This document shows, one piece after another, positions 10,772 through 19,718 of a stretch of DNA of 64,000 bases. A program made the position numbers and the translations under genes. Position 1 is the first letter of the stretch; each line of letters starts with the position of its first letter. Origin of the DNA: Coraliomargarita sp. GTDB taxonomy: Bacteria > Verrucomicrobiota > Verrucomicrobiia > Opitutales > Coraliomargaritaceae. The stretch is from NCBI GenBank assembly GCA_965216325.1, contig OZ244160.1:160001-224000 (forward strand), in the 5' to 3' direction. The notes below the pieces were generated by a model. That model did not search any database and was not told the DNA's origin. It saw only the letters and a program-made list of their open reading frames with translations.

Positions 10772-11737
10772 CTACTGCTGTTGTTGCTGGAACTGCCAGT
10801 GCATGTTCGTGTGTTGACTGAGGGTTCGAATTTCAAGTGGCAGTAGGATGTAGGTTTCGAAAACTTGTTGGCCGATGTCGTTGAATTGCTGTTGGAGGGA
10901 GTCGATGTAGGTATGATAGCCTGCTTGCAAGACATTCACAATGCTGGAGAAATTCAGCTGTGCGAGTGCGCTGCCGGCGAGGCGTTCGGCTTCATTACTG
11001 AAGCTGCCGACCGGGCTGCCGGAAACGGCGTGGAGTTGCTGGTCGAGTTGCTGGATGCAGAAGCGCACCGAACGTGGGAATGAGGCGGAGAACAGCAGGA
11101 AGCTCATCGCATTGTCGAGCGTGATGCCGCTGCGGTGTTCGGCTTGGAAGGCGTTGAAGGCCGAGCAGGACTTGAGTGCGGACGCGAGTTTGCTGCGGTT
11201 GGGCTCGCCCTGATAGGCGAGCATGTCGAGCACGCGAGTGGTCTTGTCGGCGCGTTCCAAATACTTGCCGATCTGCATGAAGTGCCAGCCTTCGTCGTGC
11301 AGCACGGTGGCGTTGATCAGGCCTGAGAGCAGCATGCAATACTCGATGGTGCGGCGGTGGAAGACTTCGGGCTGGTTTTCCCACAGTTGCACCGCGTCGT
11401 CCGAACGAATGAAGAGGTGGAAGCGATTGAGCTCGCGCCAGATTTCTTCGGAGATTTGGTCGCGCACCATGCGCGCGTTTTCGCGGGCCTGCGCTACGCA
11501 TTGTCGAATCGAGTCCGGATTCTTCTCGGAGAAGGTGGTGAACCAGCCGACGTCCTCTTCGCCCGAGGCTTGATAGGCGGCTTCCATGCTGGTGGCGTAG
11601 AGGAGTGGCCGCCAGACGTCACCCGCATTGCCATCGAGCGAGTCGTAGCGGTTGACTTCGACGAGACGGGCGAGGTTTTCAGCGCGTTCGAGGTAGCGGC
11701 TGAGCCAATAGAGACTGTTTGCGACACGGGAAAGCAT
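10772..11737 (-). CDS. Alpha-E domain protein (DUF403)
   Basis: MLSRVANSLYWLSRYLERAEN, ARENAR..R..IS.E.W, G.YLERAD and FPRSVRFC motifs. Confidence 0.92.
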   Translation of the reverse strand: MLSRVANSLYWLSRYLERAENLARLVEVNRYDSLDGNAGDVWRPLLYATSMEAAYQASGEEDVGWFTTFSEKNPDSIRQCVAQARENARMVRDQISEEIWRELNRFHLFIRSDDAVQLWENQPEVFHRRTIEYCMLLSGLINATVLHDEGWHFMQIGKYLERADKTTRVLDMLAYQGEPNRSKLASALKSCSAFNAFQAEHRSGITLDNAMSFLLFSASFPRSVRFCIQQLDQQLHAVSGSPVGSFSNEAERLAGSALAQLNFSSIVNVLQAGYHTYIDSLQQQFNDIGQQVFETYILLPLEIRTLSQHTNMHWQFQQQQQ

Positions 11738-11755
11738 AGTAGAGGGAAAACGGAG

Positions 11756-13189
11756 TTATTGGTGGAGGACCCAGGTGTCTTTACTGCCGCCGCCCTGGGA
11801 GGAATTGACGACGAGCGAGCCCTTGTTGAGTGCCACGCGGGTAAGGCCGCCGGGGATGATCTCGATCTGATCGCCGTAGAGCACGAAGGGACGCAGGTCG
11901 ATGTGGCGGCCTTCGATGCCCAGTTCGTTGCAGATGGTGGGGTGGCGGGAGAGGGAAATGACGGGTTGCGCGATGAAGTTGCGCGGTTCGGCTTGGATCA
12001 TTGCGGCGAACTTGGCGCGCTCTTCCTTGGTCGAGCTTGGCCCCATCAGCATACCGTAGCCGCCGGATTCATTGGCCGATTTGACGACCAACTCCTCGAG
12101 ATGGTTCAGAATGTAGGCGCGGTCTTTGTCGCGCCAAGCGAGATAAGTCGGCACGCTATCCAGAATCGGCTCTTGATCGAGATAATAGCGAATCATGTCC
12201 GGCACGTAGGCGTAGGTGACTTTGTCGTCGGCCACACCCGTGCCGACCGCATTGGCAAGAGCCACATTACCCTTCAGGTAGGCATCCATCAGCCCGGGCA
12301 CACCGAGCATCGAGTCTTTGCGGAAGACCAGTGGGTCCAGAAAGTCGTCGTCAAGTCGGCGGTAGACGACATCCACTTGCACCAGCCCCTTCGTCGTGCG
12401 CATGAACACATAGCCATCGAGCACAATCAGGTCGCGCCCCTCAACGATTTCGATGCCCATCTTGCGGGCCAGAAAGGTGTGCTCGAAGTAGGCGCTGTTA
12501 TAGACGCCGGGAGTCAAGAGCACACACACGGGGGCTTGGCCCTGGCGCGGTGAAAGGTGCTGGAGCGTCTTGAGTAGTAGGTCCGGATAGTTGTCGACCG
12601 GGCGCACGCCGTATTTGCTGTAGAGGCTCGGAAAGGCGCGCTTCATCGCCTCGCGGTTTTCCAAGAGGTAGGAAACGCCGGATGGACAGCGGGCATTATC
12701 CTCGAGGACGAGGTAGTTGCCTGCATCATCGCGGATCAGATCCGTGCCACATATCTGGATGTAAATATCTTTGGAGATTTTGAGCCCTTCCATCTCCGGG
12801 CGGTAGTGGGCTGCGCTTTTGACGACGTCTTCAGGAATGATGCCATCTTTGATGATCTGCCCCTCATGGTAGATGTCGTTCAGGAACAAATTTAGGGCAA
12901 TAATGCGCTGCGTCAGGCCTTGCTCGACTTGCTGCCACTCAGCATCCGGGATGATGCGTGGAATCAGGTCGAAGGGGAAAATCCGCTCGGTGCCCTTGTT
13001 GTCACCGTAGACGGTAAAAGTGATCCCTTCTTCCAGAAAGGCGTTGTCGACTAGACGCTGCTTATCGGTGAGCGCATCGCTGTCGTAGCTCGAAAAGCGC
13101 TCCAGTAGCAGGTCATAGTGTTGGAACGTTCCACTGGGAGACTGGAACATTTCATCGAAAAAGGGGCCCTTTTCGTAGCAGCTAAACAT
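11756..13189 (-). CDS. Circularly permuted type 2 ATP-grasp protein (DUF404/407)
   Basis: [40 protein letters not shown] and [13 protein letters not shown]. Confidence 0.93.
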   Translation of the reverse strand: MFSCYEKGPFFDEMFQSPSGTFQHYDLLLERFSSYDSDALTDKQRLVDNAFLEEGITFTVYGDNKGTERIFPFDLIPRIIPDAEWQQVEQGLTQRIIALNLFLNDIYHEGQIIKDGIIPEDVVKSAAHYRPEMEGLKISKDIYIQICGTDLIRDDAGNYLVLEDNARCPSGVSYLLENREAMKRAFPSLYSKYGVRPVDNYPDLLLKTLQHLSPRQGQAPVCVLLTPGVYNSAYFEHTFLARKMGIEIVEGRDLIVLDGYVFMRTTKGLVQVDVVYRRLDDDFLDPLVFRKDSMLGVPGLMDAYLKGNVALANAVGTGVADDKVTYAYVPDMIRYYLDQEPILDSVPTYLAWRDKDRAYILNHLEELVVKSANESGGYGMLMGPSSTKEERAKFAAMIQAEPRNFIAQPVISLSRHPTICNELGIEGRHIDLRPFVLYGDQIEIIPGGLTRVALNKGSLVVNSSQGGGSKDTWVLHQ

Positions 13190-13200
13190 GACAGAGCGTT

Positions 13201-13217
13201 AGCACAAGGCATGCCAA
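13201..13217 (-). promoter_or_regulatory. Putative sigma-54 (-24/-12) promoter of the ATP-grasp operon
   Basis: Minus strand reads TTGGCATGCCTTGTGCT, giving GG-N10-GC spacing. Confidence 0.6.
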
Positions 13218-13227
13218 GGTGTGATTT

Positions 13228-13331
13228 CAGAAGACAGAGGTCGGAGGGCAGAGGACAGAGGATAGAGTGAAGTAAGCGCCGGAACTCACCTTAGTATTGC
13301 TTCTGACTCCTGACTTCTGTCTCCTGACTTC
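13228..13331. repeat. Inverted arms of heptamer repeats (cagaggt/cggaggg ... ctcctga/cttctgt), family F2
   Basis: Paired arms here; single arms at 2389-2421, 9594-9628 and about 14843-14873. Confidence 0.7.
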
Positions 13332-13342
13332 TTTAAAAATCC

Positions 13343-14332
13343 ATGCCTAAGAAACGTAGCAAACAGTCCGAAGACGACGGCCCGAAGGTCAAAACCATCT
13401 ATACCATTAAGCTCGACGACGAGCAGATGGATAAATTGGCGGACTATTTGGAGGAGGGGCATCAGGGGCCATGGTTCCACTATGACGTGGCGTATTCGCT
13501 GTTCGCCTTTAAGGGCGAGAAAGTCAACGTGGTGGGCTATCAGAGTGGCAAGCTGGTGATTTCAGGCAAAAAGACCGAGGACTTTGTTCGCGATATTTTA
13601 GAGGTCGAGATCACCGGCGAGGCGAAGCTCGGCTATGACGAGGTGCACAATCCGGAGTGGTTTGAGCTCCACGCAGGCATGGACGAAAGCGGCAAGGGCG
13701 ACCTGTTTGGCCCGCTGGTGACTGCTTGTGTGATCGCCGATGGCGACATGGTGCGCAAGTGGATGGAACTGGGCGTGGCCGACAGTAAAAAGCTGACCGA
13801 TAACAGCATTCTAAAGCTCGAAAAAGAGATTCGCAAAACCAAGGGCGTGGTGATTAAGACCGCTTTTGCGCGGATGCCGAAGTATAATGAGCTCTACAAC
13901 AAATTTGACCGCAACCTGAACAAGCTGCTGGCGTGGTATCACAGTAAGTCGTTGATCGGTGCGCTGGAGGAGCGCAAGGCGCCTTGGGGACTCTTGGACC
14001 AGTTTACCAAGGAAAAACTGGTCGATGCCTACGTCAAAGATCGCAAAGACTTTAAATTGGTCAGTCGCACCAAGGCGGAGTCCGATCCCGTGGTGGCGGC
14101 TGCTTCGATTGTGGCACGGGCCGTGTATGTGCGCGAAATGAAGCGTCTTTCCGAAGAGGCGGGCGAACCCCTGACCAAGGGCGCCAGCGGCAAGGTGCTG
14201 GCTCAGGCCAAGAAAATCGTCGACGAGCAGGGCGCGGACGCGCTCAAAGGCTTCGCCAAAATGCATTTCAAGACCGCCTACGAGGCGCAGGGCCTTGAGC
14301 CCCCCGCGAAGCCGAGCTGGTATAAAAGGTAG
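13343..14332 (+). CDS. rnhC: Ribonuclease HIII
   Basis: N-terminal TBP-like YQSGKLVISGK, then G.DESGKGD.FGPLV, V.DSKKL, LDQF, KAE...VAAASI.AR and AK.HFKT. Confidence 0.92.
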   Translation: MPKKRSKQSEDDGPKVKTIYTIKLDDEQMDKLADYLEEGHQGPWFHYDVAYSLFAFKGEKVNVVGYQSGKLVISGKKTEDFVRDILEVEITGEAKLGYDEVHNPEWFELHAGMDESGKGDLFGPLVTACVIADGDMVRKWMELGVADSKKLTDNSILKLEKEIRKTKGVVIKTAFARMPKYNELYNKFDRNLNKLLAWYHSKSLIGALEERKAPWGLLDQFTKEKLVDAYVKDRKDFKLVSRTKAESDPVVAAASIVARAVYVREMKRLSEEAGEPLTKGASGKVLAQAKKIVDEQGADALKGFAKMHFKTAYEAQGLEPPAKPSWYKR

Positions 14333-14875
14333 GGGCGTGCCTTGGCGCGCCCGCAGCAGCCAGAGTTGGAGGGCAACGCTCCGTCGTTGCCATTCAGTGT
14401 TGTCTGTCTTCTACTCAGGCGTGGTGGCAATGGCGGACTCCGTGTCTCCGTGGTCGTCCATTCAGTGGGTGGCTCTGTGGTGGTTACCACCCGCTTCGCT
14501 GGAGACACGAAGGCACAGAGAACTGTCGGAGCTGTAAATGAGGTGAAGGGTTCGTGGAGGGCAACGCTCCGTCGTTGCCGTTCAGTGTGGCCAGTCTTCT
14601 ACTCCGGCGTGGTGGCAATGGCGGAGCATTGCCCTCCAGGGGAAACCGCTCAAGGACGCTGAATTCCGCTAAAACGTAGGGCGAAGCACGCACTCCTCGA
14701 GCCAGCTTGGGGTAGCGCAGCCGCGTCTCGCGGCGCACCACGTCGTCTTAAGTTCGCCTTATCGTATGCGGAGCGTGACGCTCCCGCGCTACCTCGGCAT
14801 TAAGTGTATTTTAGCGTTCTTCAGCAGTCATCTTCCGTCCGCCCGATCTCCGATTTCGGTCCTCCGGCCTCCGAG
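14329..14875. repeat. Cluster of at least five different palindromic repeat families
   Basis: GTAGGGGC REP at 14329-14353; GGAG REP doublets at 14367-14437 (right arm broken) and 14555-14638; ctccgtgtctccgtgg/ggagacacgaaggcacagag arms at 14438-14520; ggtagcgc..gcgctacc at 14711-14793; F2 heptamers near 14843-14873. Confidence 0.8.
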
Positions 14876-15149
14876 TTGAGTGCGATTTCAAGCCCTTCAG
14901 CAGTCAAAATCACTGATTATTGGACTTTTCACCTTGGGCAAGCTGCGCAACCGTTGAATTCGTCACCGAATTGCGTCCTCAAGCATTTTGTATAGCTTAA
15001 GCACTCATTCATCATTGTAAAACGGAGGTGAAATCACCCCTAAACGTGTTGTTAGCGGTATCAAAACGGCTAATAACACTTGCCAAGCCCAAATTACTAG
15101 TTTTCAACTGAAACTTCCCAAACTCGAATTCGATTCTCTACTCACTAAT

Positions 15150-16148
15150 ATGAAGCATCTCAAAAAATCTACTTTTCTGCTGGCGAGCGCTGCCCTGAGC
15201 CTCGCAGCAACCAGCCAAGCCGCTGAGGTTAGCACTGATCCGGTTGGCTATGTCTCGACTTCACTAAATTCGGGATACACCCCGGTTGGCATCACTTTTG
15301 TCAAACCTGCAGAATTTTCTGGAACAGGGGCATCTGCCACCGCAACCACCATTGAACTTTCTTCAGCCCCATCGCTGGATCTTGATAATAATACATATTA
15401 TGTTGAGATAACTAGTGGAGATAATGTTGGTGATCGTATCGACATTGCTTCTGTTGCGGGTTCTACAGTAACTTTTGATTTCTCTGTCTCCTACAACACA
15501 TTGGATAGTGTAGCTGGCTTGGCTGATGGCACTGCTCTTCTTATTCGTCCCCACTACACTGTTGGTGACTTCAGTGCTTTAATCGCTGATAGTATTAATT
15601 CGGATGATGCATTTACGCCTGCGGGCTCTGATCAAATCCTCATTTTTGATGGTTCATTCAAAACTCATATATATTACAGCGGGGCTTGGTATGAGAATTT
15701 TGGTAGCTTCGAGCTGGCCACTGACAAAGTCCTAGCTCCGGGATTCGGTTTTTTCTATCATCGTAACCCAAGTGCTGGAACTCCAAGCACAATAGATGTT
15801 ACCTTTACTGGTTCTGTTCGCATGAACAATTTTGTGCAGCGTTTGCGTCCAGGCTACCAATTTGTTGCTAGTGGATATCCGATCGATGCATCCCCTTCTG
15901 ATTATAGTTACGATGAGAATCTAGAGGCTTCACCTAATTTTGTCGCAAGCGAGTCTGACTTGATCCTGACCTGGGATAATGGATTTAAGACTCACTTGCT
16001 GTATGACGACGGTAATACGAAGTCTTGGTATCAGAACTTTGGATCCTTTGACCAGGTTGACGATGACAATCTTCTTACTTCGTCGAATGCGATGTTCGTC
16101 TTCATCAAGACGAATGGGCAAGTTTTTGAGATTGTTCGCCCATTTTAA
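15150..16148 (+). CDS. Secreted protein, TIGR02597-like (verrucomicrobial, found beside PEP-CTERM genes)
   Basis: Signal peptide followed by the STDPVGY motif, YYVEI.SG, L.IRPH.T and a C-terminal RPF; two internal repeats (SDQILIFDG.FKTH / SDLILTWD.GFKTH, WY.NFGSF). Confidence 0.7.
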   Translation: MKHLKKSTFLLASAALSLAATSQAAEVSTDPVGYVSTSLNSGYTPVGITFVKPAEFSGTGASATATTIELSSAPSLDLDNNTYYVEITSGDNVGDRIDIASVAGSTVTFDFSVSYNTLDSVAGLADGTALLIRPHYTVGDFSALIADSINSDDAFTPAGSDQILIFDGSFKTHIYYSGAWYENFGSFELATDKVLAPGFGFFYHRNPSAGTPSTIDVTFTGSVRMNNFVQRLRPGYQFVASGYPIDASPSDYSYDENLEASPNFVASESDLILTWDNGFKTHLLYDDGNTKSWYQNFGSFDQVDDDNLLTSSNAMFVFIKTNGQVFEIVRPF

Positions 16149-16184
16149 TTCCGACAGCTTTTTATTACTACAAACTAGAAATCT

Positions 16185-16778
16185 ATGAACAAAAGAATCG
16201 TTTCAATTTTTGCTGCACTAGTGTGTGGATCCACGCTTTCTGCATCTTTGATCAATTTTCAGTCTGGTTCTCTTACCTCCTTTTTGCAAGCCGATGGTGC
16301 GACCAATCTTGATGGCACGTATACATTTGCATTGGGCACCTTCAGCGAAGCTGCTCTAGCGGGTAGCTCGGACTCTTGGTTCGCTGCTTTTGATGATCAG
16401 ATGGTGGGGACAAATGATTGGCTTACTTCTGGTCCTGCTCCGGTGATCAATACCTTTCAAGGCGACCAATTGATGGTTGATGGCAGTGAGACTAGCAGTG
16501 CTGCTTACATTTTTGGATATAATACGGATCAATCTGAAATTATCATCTTCAGGAATGCTTCATGGGTGTTCCCAACGTTCGATGATCTGGATGTTAGTGC
16601 AGATATTTTCTCGCTTCAAGACGCTAACACAGAAGTTGTCACATCCGCTGGCTCTTGGGTGACATTCAATAATAATCTTCAGATGATTACAGCATCTGCA
16701 GTTCCAGAGCCATCCACCTACGCAGCACTCTCTGGTTTGCTTGCGCTAGGCTACGTGATGGTTCGCCGTCGTAAGTAA
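16185..16778 (+). CDS. PEP-CTERM sorting-signal protein
   Basis: Signal peptide; C-terminal VPEPSTYAALSGLLALGYVMVRRRK. Confidence 0.93.
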   Translation: MNKRIVSIFAALVCGSTLSASLINFQSGSLTSFLQADGATNLDGTYTFALGTFSEAALAGSSDSWFAAFDDQMVGTNDWLTSGPAPVINTFQGDQLMVDGSETSSAAYIFGYNTDQSEIIIFRNASWVFPTFDDLDVSADIFSLQDANTEVVTSAGSWVTFNNNLQMITASAVPEPSTYAALSGLLALGYVMVRRRK

Positions 16779-16801
16779 GCGATTTCGCAATTTAACTTTG
16801 C

Positions 16802-16833
16802 AGCCTCGGTTCGTTTCGGACCGAGGCTTTTTT
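16802..16833 (+). terminator. Rho-independent terminator
   Basis: agcctcggt-N9-accgaggct followed by a T tract. Confidence 0.85.
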
Positions 16834-16907
16834 GTGTCTGGAGCGGGACGCTAGGGTAGGACAGTTTTGCAGGTGCTTTGGGTCTCCTTCGCGAAACTTT
16901 GCAGGCA

Positions 16908-17340
16908 AGTAATAATTAGGGACAGGCTAAATAAAATTGACCTCAATCTGAATTCTGAGCAGTGTTTATCCCATAGCAATGCGCCAACGACGTCTAAAAG
17001 TAGGAGGCAGGGAAGCGATCTATCACTGTATGACTCGGACAGTGAATGGTGAGTTGCTGTTTGAGGATCGTGAGAAGGAGATGCTGCGTAAGATGATGCA
17101 TCAGGTCGCAGACTTTTGTGGAGTTCAGGTGCTCACGTTTTGCATTATGTCGAACCACTTTCACGTGCTGGTTAAGGTGCCCGATGCGCCACAAGTTTCT
17201 GATCAAGAGCTGATGCGGCGTTACAAAGTGCTGTATCCGAAGCCAACGAAATATCAGGCCGAATCTGCGAAGCAGATGGAGTTGCTTCTTTTAGCTGGGG
17301 GTGATGATGCAGAGGTAATTCGATCCAAACTATTGGCTCG
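16908..17340 (+). pseudogene. Truncated 5' copy 1 (433 bp) of the Y1/HUH transposase element
   Basis: Near-identical to 17471-17903 (differences at 17126 and 17170); ends at CTCG. Confidence 0.9.
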
Positions 17341-17470
17341 AGTAATAATTAGGGACAGGCTAAATAAAATTGACCTCAATCTGAATTCTGAGCAGTGTCT
17401 ATCCCATAGCAATGCGCCAACGACGTCTAAAAGTAGGAGGCAGGGAAGCGATCTATCACTGTATGACTCG
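17341..17470 (+). pseudogene. Truncated 5' copy 2 (130 bp) of the Y1/HUH transposase element
   Basis: Near-identical to 17471-17600 (one difference at 17399); ends at CTCG. Confidence 0.9.
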
Positions 17471-17541
17471 AGTAATAATTAGGGACAGGCTAAATAAAAT
17501 TGACCTCAATCTGAATTCTGAGCAGTGTTTATCCCATAGCA

Positions 17542-18522
17542 ATGCGCCAACGACGTCTAAAAGTAGGAGGCAGGGAAGCGATCTATCACTGTATGACTCG
17601 GACAGTGAATGGTGAGTTGCTGTTTGAGGATCGTGAGAAGGAGATGCTGCGTAAGATGATGCATCAGGTCGCAGACTTTTGTGGAGTTGAGGTGCTCACG
17701 TTTTGCATTATGTCGAACCACTTTCACGTGCTAGTTAAGGTGCCCGATGCGCCACAAGTTTCTGATCAAGAGCTGATGCGGCGTTACAAAGTGCTGTATC
17801 CGAAGCCAACGAAATATCAGGCCGAATCTGCGAAGCAGATGGAGTTGCTTCTTTTAGCTGGGGGTGATGATGCAGAGGTAATTCGATCCAAACTATTGGC
17901 TCGTATGGCAGATGTTTCTGAGTTTATGAAAGCGCTCAAACAGCGCTTTTCGGTCTGGTATAACCGCAGCCATCGCCGCTACGGGACGCTTTGGGCAGAG
18001 CGCTTTAAGTCGGTGCTGGTTGAGGGCGCGGGCAATGCCCTGCAAACCATTGCTGCCTATATCGATTTGAATTCAGTGCGGGCAGGTTTAGTTGATGATC
18101 CGAAGGACTACCGCTTCTGTGGCTATGCTGAAGCGGTGGCAGGAGTCGCCAGTGCGTGCAATGGACTTAAGCGTATATGGGCCGACCACGGCCGAGACTA
18201 TCTCCACGCACATCGAACGCTTTTATTTGGTAAGGGGGCTAGTCCGTGGACGCATCACGGAAAAGTCATCAATCGGCAGAAAGCCCTCAAGGTATTGGAG
18301 CGAGAGGACGGCGAACTTTCCAAGGCGGCGATACTGCGTTGTCGAATTCGCTACTTCTCAGATGGCGCAATTCTTGGCAGTGCCGAATATGTGCGTGGCT
18401 TCTCGGGTGCATGGCAACTTGAACGTGGGCGCAAGCATCCTCCTAAAGTTAATCAACTGCGCGGTGCTGCTTGGGGCGATCTATCAGTCATTCAAGGACT
18501 GCGGAAGCAGGTGTTTGGTTAG
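17542..18522 (+). mobile_element. Y1/HUH transposase (IS200-like / RAYT-related, long form)
   Basis: YHCMTR, FCIMSNHFHVL (HUH), YN..H.R.GTLW..RFKS, and YIDLN.VRAGLV..P.DY..C.Y with the catalytic Tyr. Confidence 0.88.
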
Positions 18523-18574
18523 CGCGTTGTTTTAGGATCGTCCTCGATCATCCTGGTCTTGTAGGCTCACGCTT

Positions 18575-19105
18575 ATGAAATTTAGCCAACTGCCCCGTCT
18601 TGTCTTTGCCTGTTCACTCGCGTTAGCTGCGCTTCAGTTCAGTGGCTGTCTTCAGTCCTGTCAGAATATGAGTTATGATGACCGTATGATTGTTGGTGAA
18701 AGTGCGTTCATCCACATTGAGGAAATTGATCATGCTCTGGAAGCGCGCATTGATACGGGGGCGCGCACGACGTCGATTCACGCGCTTGATATGAAGATTG
18801 AGAACGATGCCGGTGATTATAAGGAGAATGTCGGCAAGCAGATCAGCTACACGATTGTAGATGCGGATGGAAAGCGTTTCCCGATGACCGGTGTGATCGG
18901 TGGCTACACGGTGGTGCGTAACGCGCAAGGCACCGAGACTCGCTATCATGTGCCCATGACTTTGACCTGGCAGGGCGTGAGTAAGCCAATCGAAGTGAAC
19001 CTTCGCGACCGCTCGGCGATGACTTACAAGCTGTTGATTGGTCGCGACTGGTTGGCGGACGATTTCCTGGTCAATGTCGACATTGCCGAAGAGCAACCGG
19101 AATAA
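18575..19105 (+). CDS. Retropepsin-like 'putative ATP-dependent zinc protease' (RimB-like), probable lipoprotein
   Basis: ARIDTGARTTSIHA and V.L.DRS.M.Y.LLIGR motifs; signal ending FSGC. Confidence 0.82.
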   Translation: MKFSQLPRLVFACSLALAALQFSGCLQSCQNMSYDDRMIVGESAFIHIEEIDHALEARIDTGARTTSIHALDMKIENDAGDYKENVGKQISYTIVDADGKRFPMTGVIGGYTVVRNAQGTETRYHVPMTLTWQGVSKPIEVNLRDRSAMTYKLLIGRDWLADDFLVNVDIAEEQPE

Positions 19106-19108
19106 AAT

Positions 19109-19191
19109 TGGAGGGCAACGCTCCGTCGTTGCCGTTCAGTGTTGTCAGTGTTCTGTTCTGGCGTGGTGGCAATGACGGAGCATTGCCCTCC
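19109..19191. repeat. GGAG-type REP doublet (REPIN) 5' of the RAYT gene
   Basis: tggagggcaacgctccgtcgttgcc-N34-ggcaatgacggagcattgccctcc. Confidence 0.92.
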
Positions 19192-19244
19192 GGCTCGCCG
19201 CGAGGTGAAATGGAATAACATAGGAGCATTGCTCACCAAATGAT

Positions 19245-19718
19245 ATGGAATATGAGGACCGAAAGCATCCGGCTAGGCATCCAGTGATCCGGAATGGAAA
19301 TCGCTCAGAGATTTTATTTGTCACGGTCTGCGCCCATCAAAGGAAGCGCATTCTAGCCACACCGCTGGTGCATGACTTACTGGTTGCTGCTTGGGAGAGC
19401 GCGGATCATTGGTTGGTCGGCAGGTATGTCATTTTGCCTGATCACATTCATTTGTTTTGCGCGCCTGCTCAGGTCGATTATTTGTCGGTTCAGCGTTGGA
19501 TTGCTTTCTGGAAGTCGTCCGTTTCAAAGGCGTGGCCGAACCAGGATGCCAAGCCAATTTGGCAAATTGATGGTTGGGATCGTCAGCTGCGCAAAGGAGA
19601 TAGCTACAGTCAGAAATGGGCCTATGTGAGGAACAATCCAGTGCGCCATGGGCTAGTGGATGATCCGGAGGATTGGCCGTATCAAGGAGAGTTGAATCAA
19701 TTTTTGTGGCATGATTAA
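19245..19718 (+). mobile_element. REP-associated tyrosine transposase (RAYT, TnpA-REP-like)
   Basis: FVTVC..R...L, YVILPDHIHL (HUH), IWQ..GWDR.LR and YVRNNPVRHGLV..PEDWPY; flanked on both sides by REP doublets. Confidence 0.92.

Noticed and set aside
16908..17470. Assembly artefact as the explanation for the transposase duplicates
   Set aside because: The copies differ by three substitutions and both break after the same tetramer. Not fully excluded without reads.
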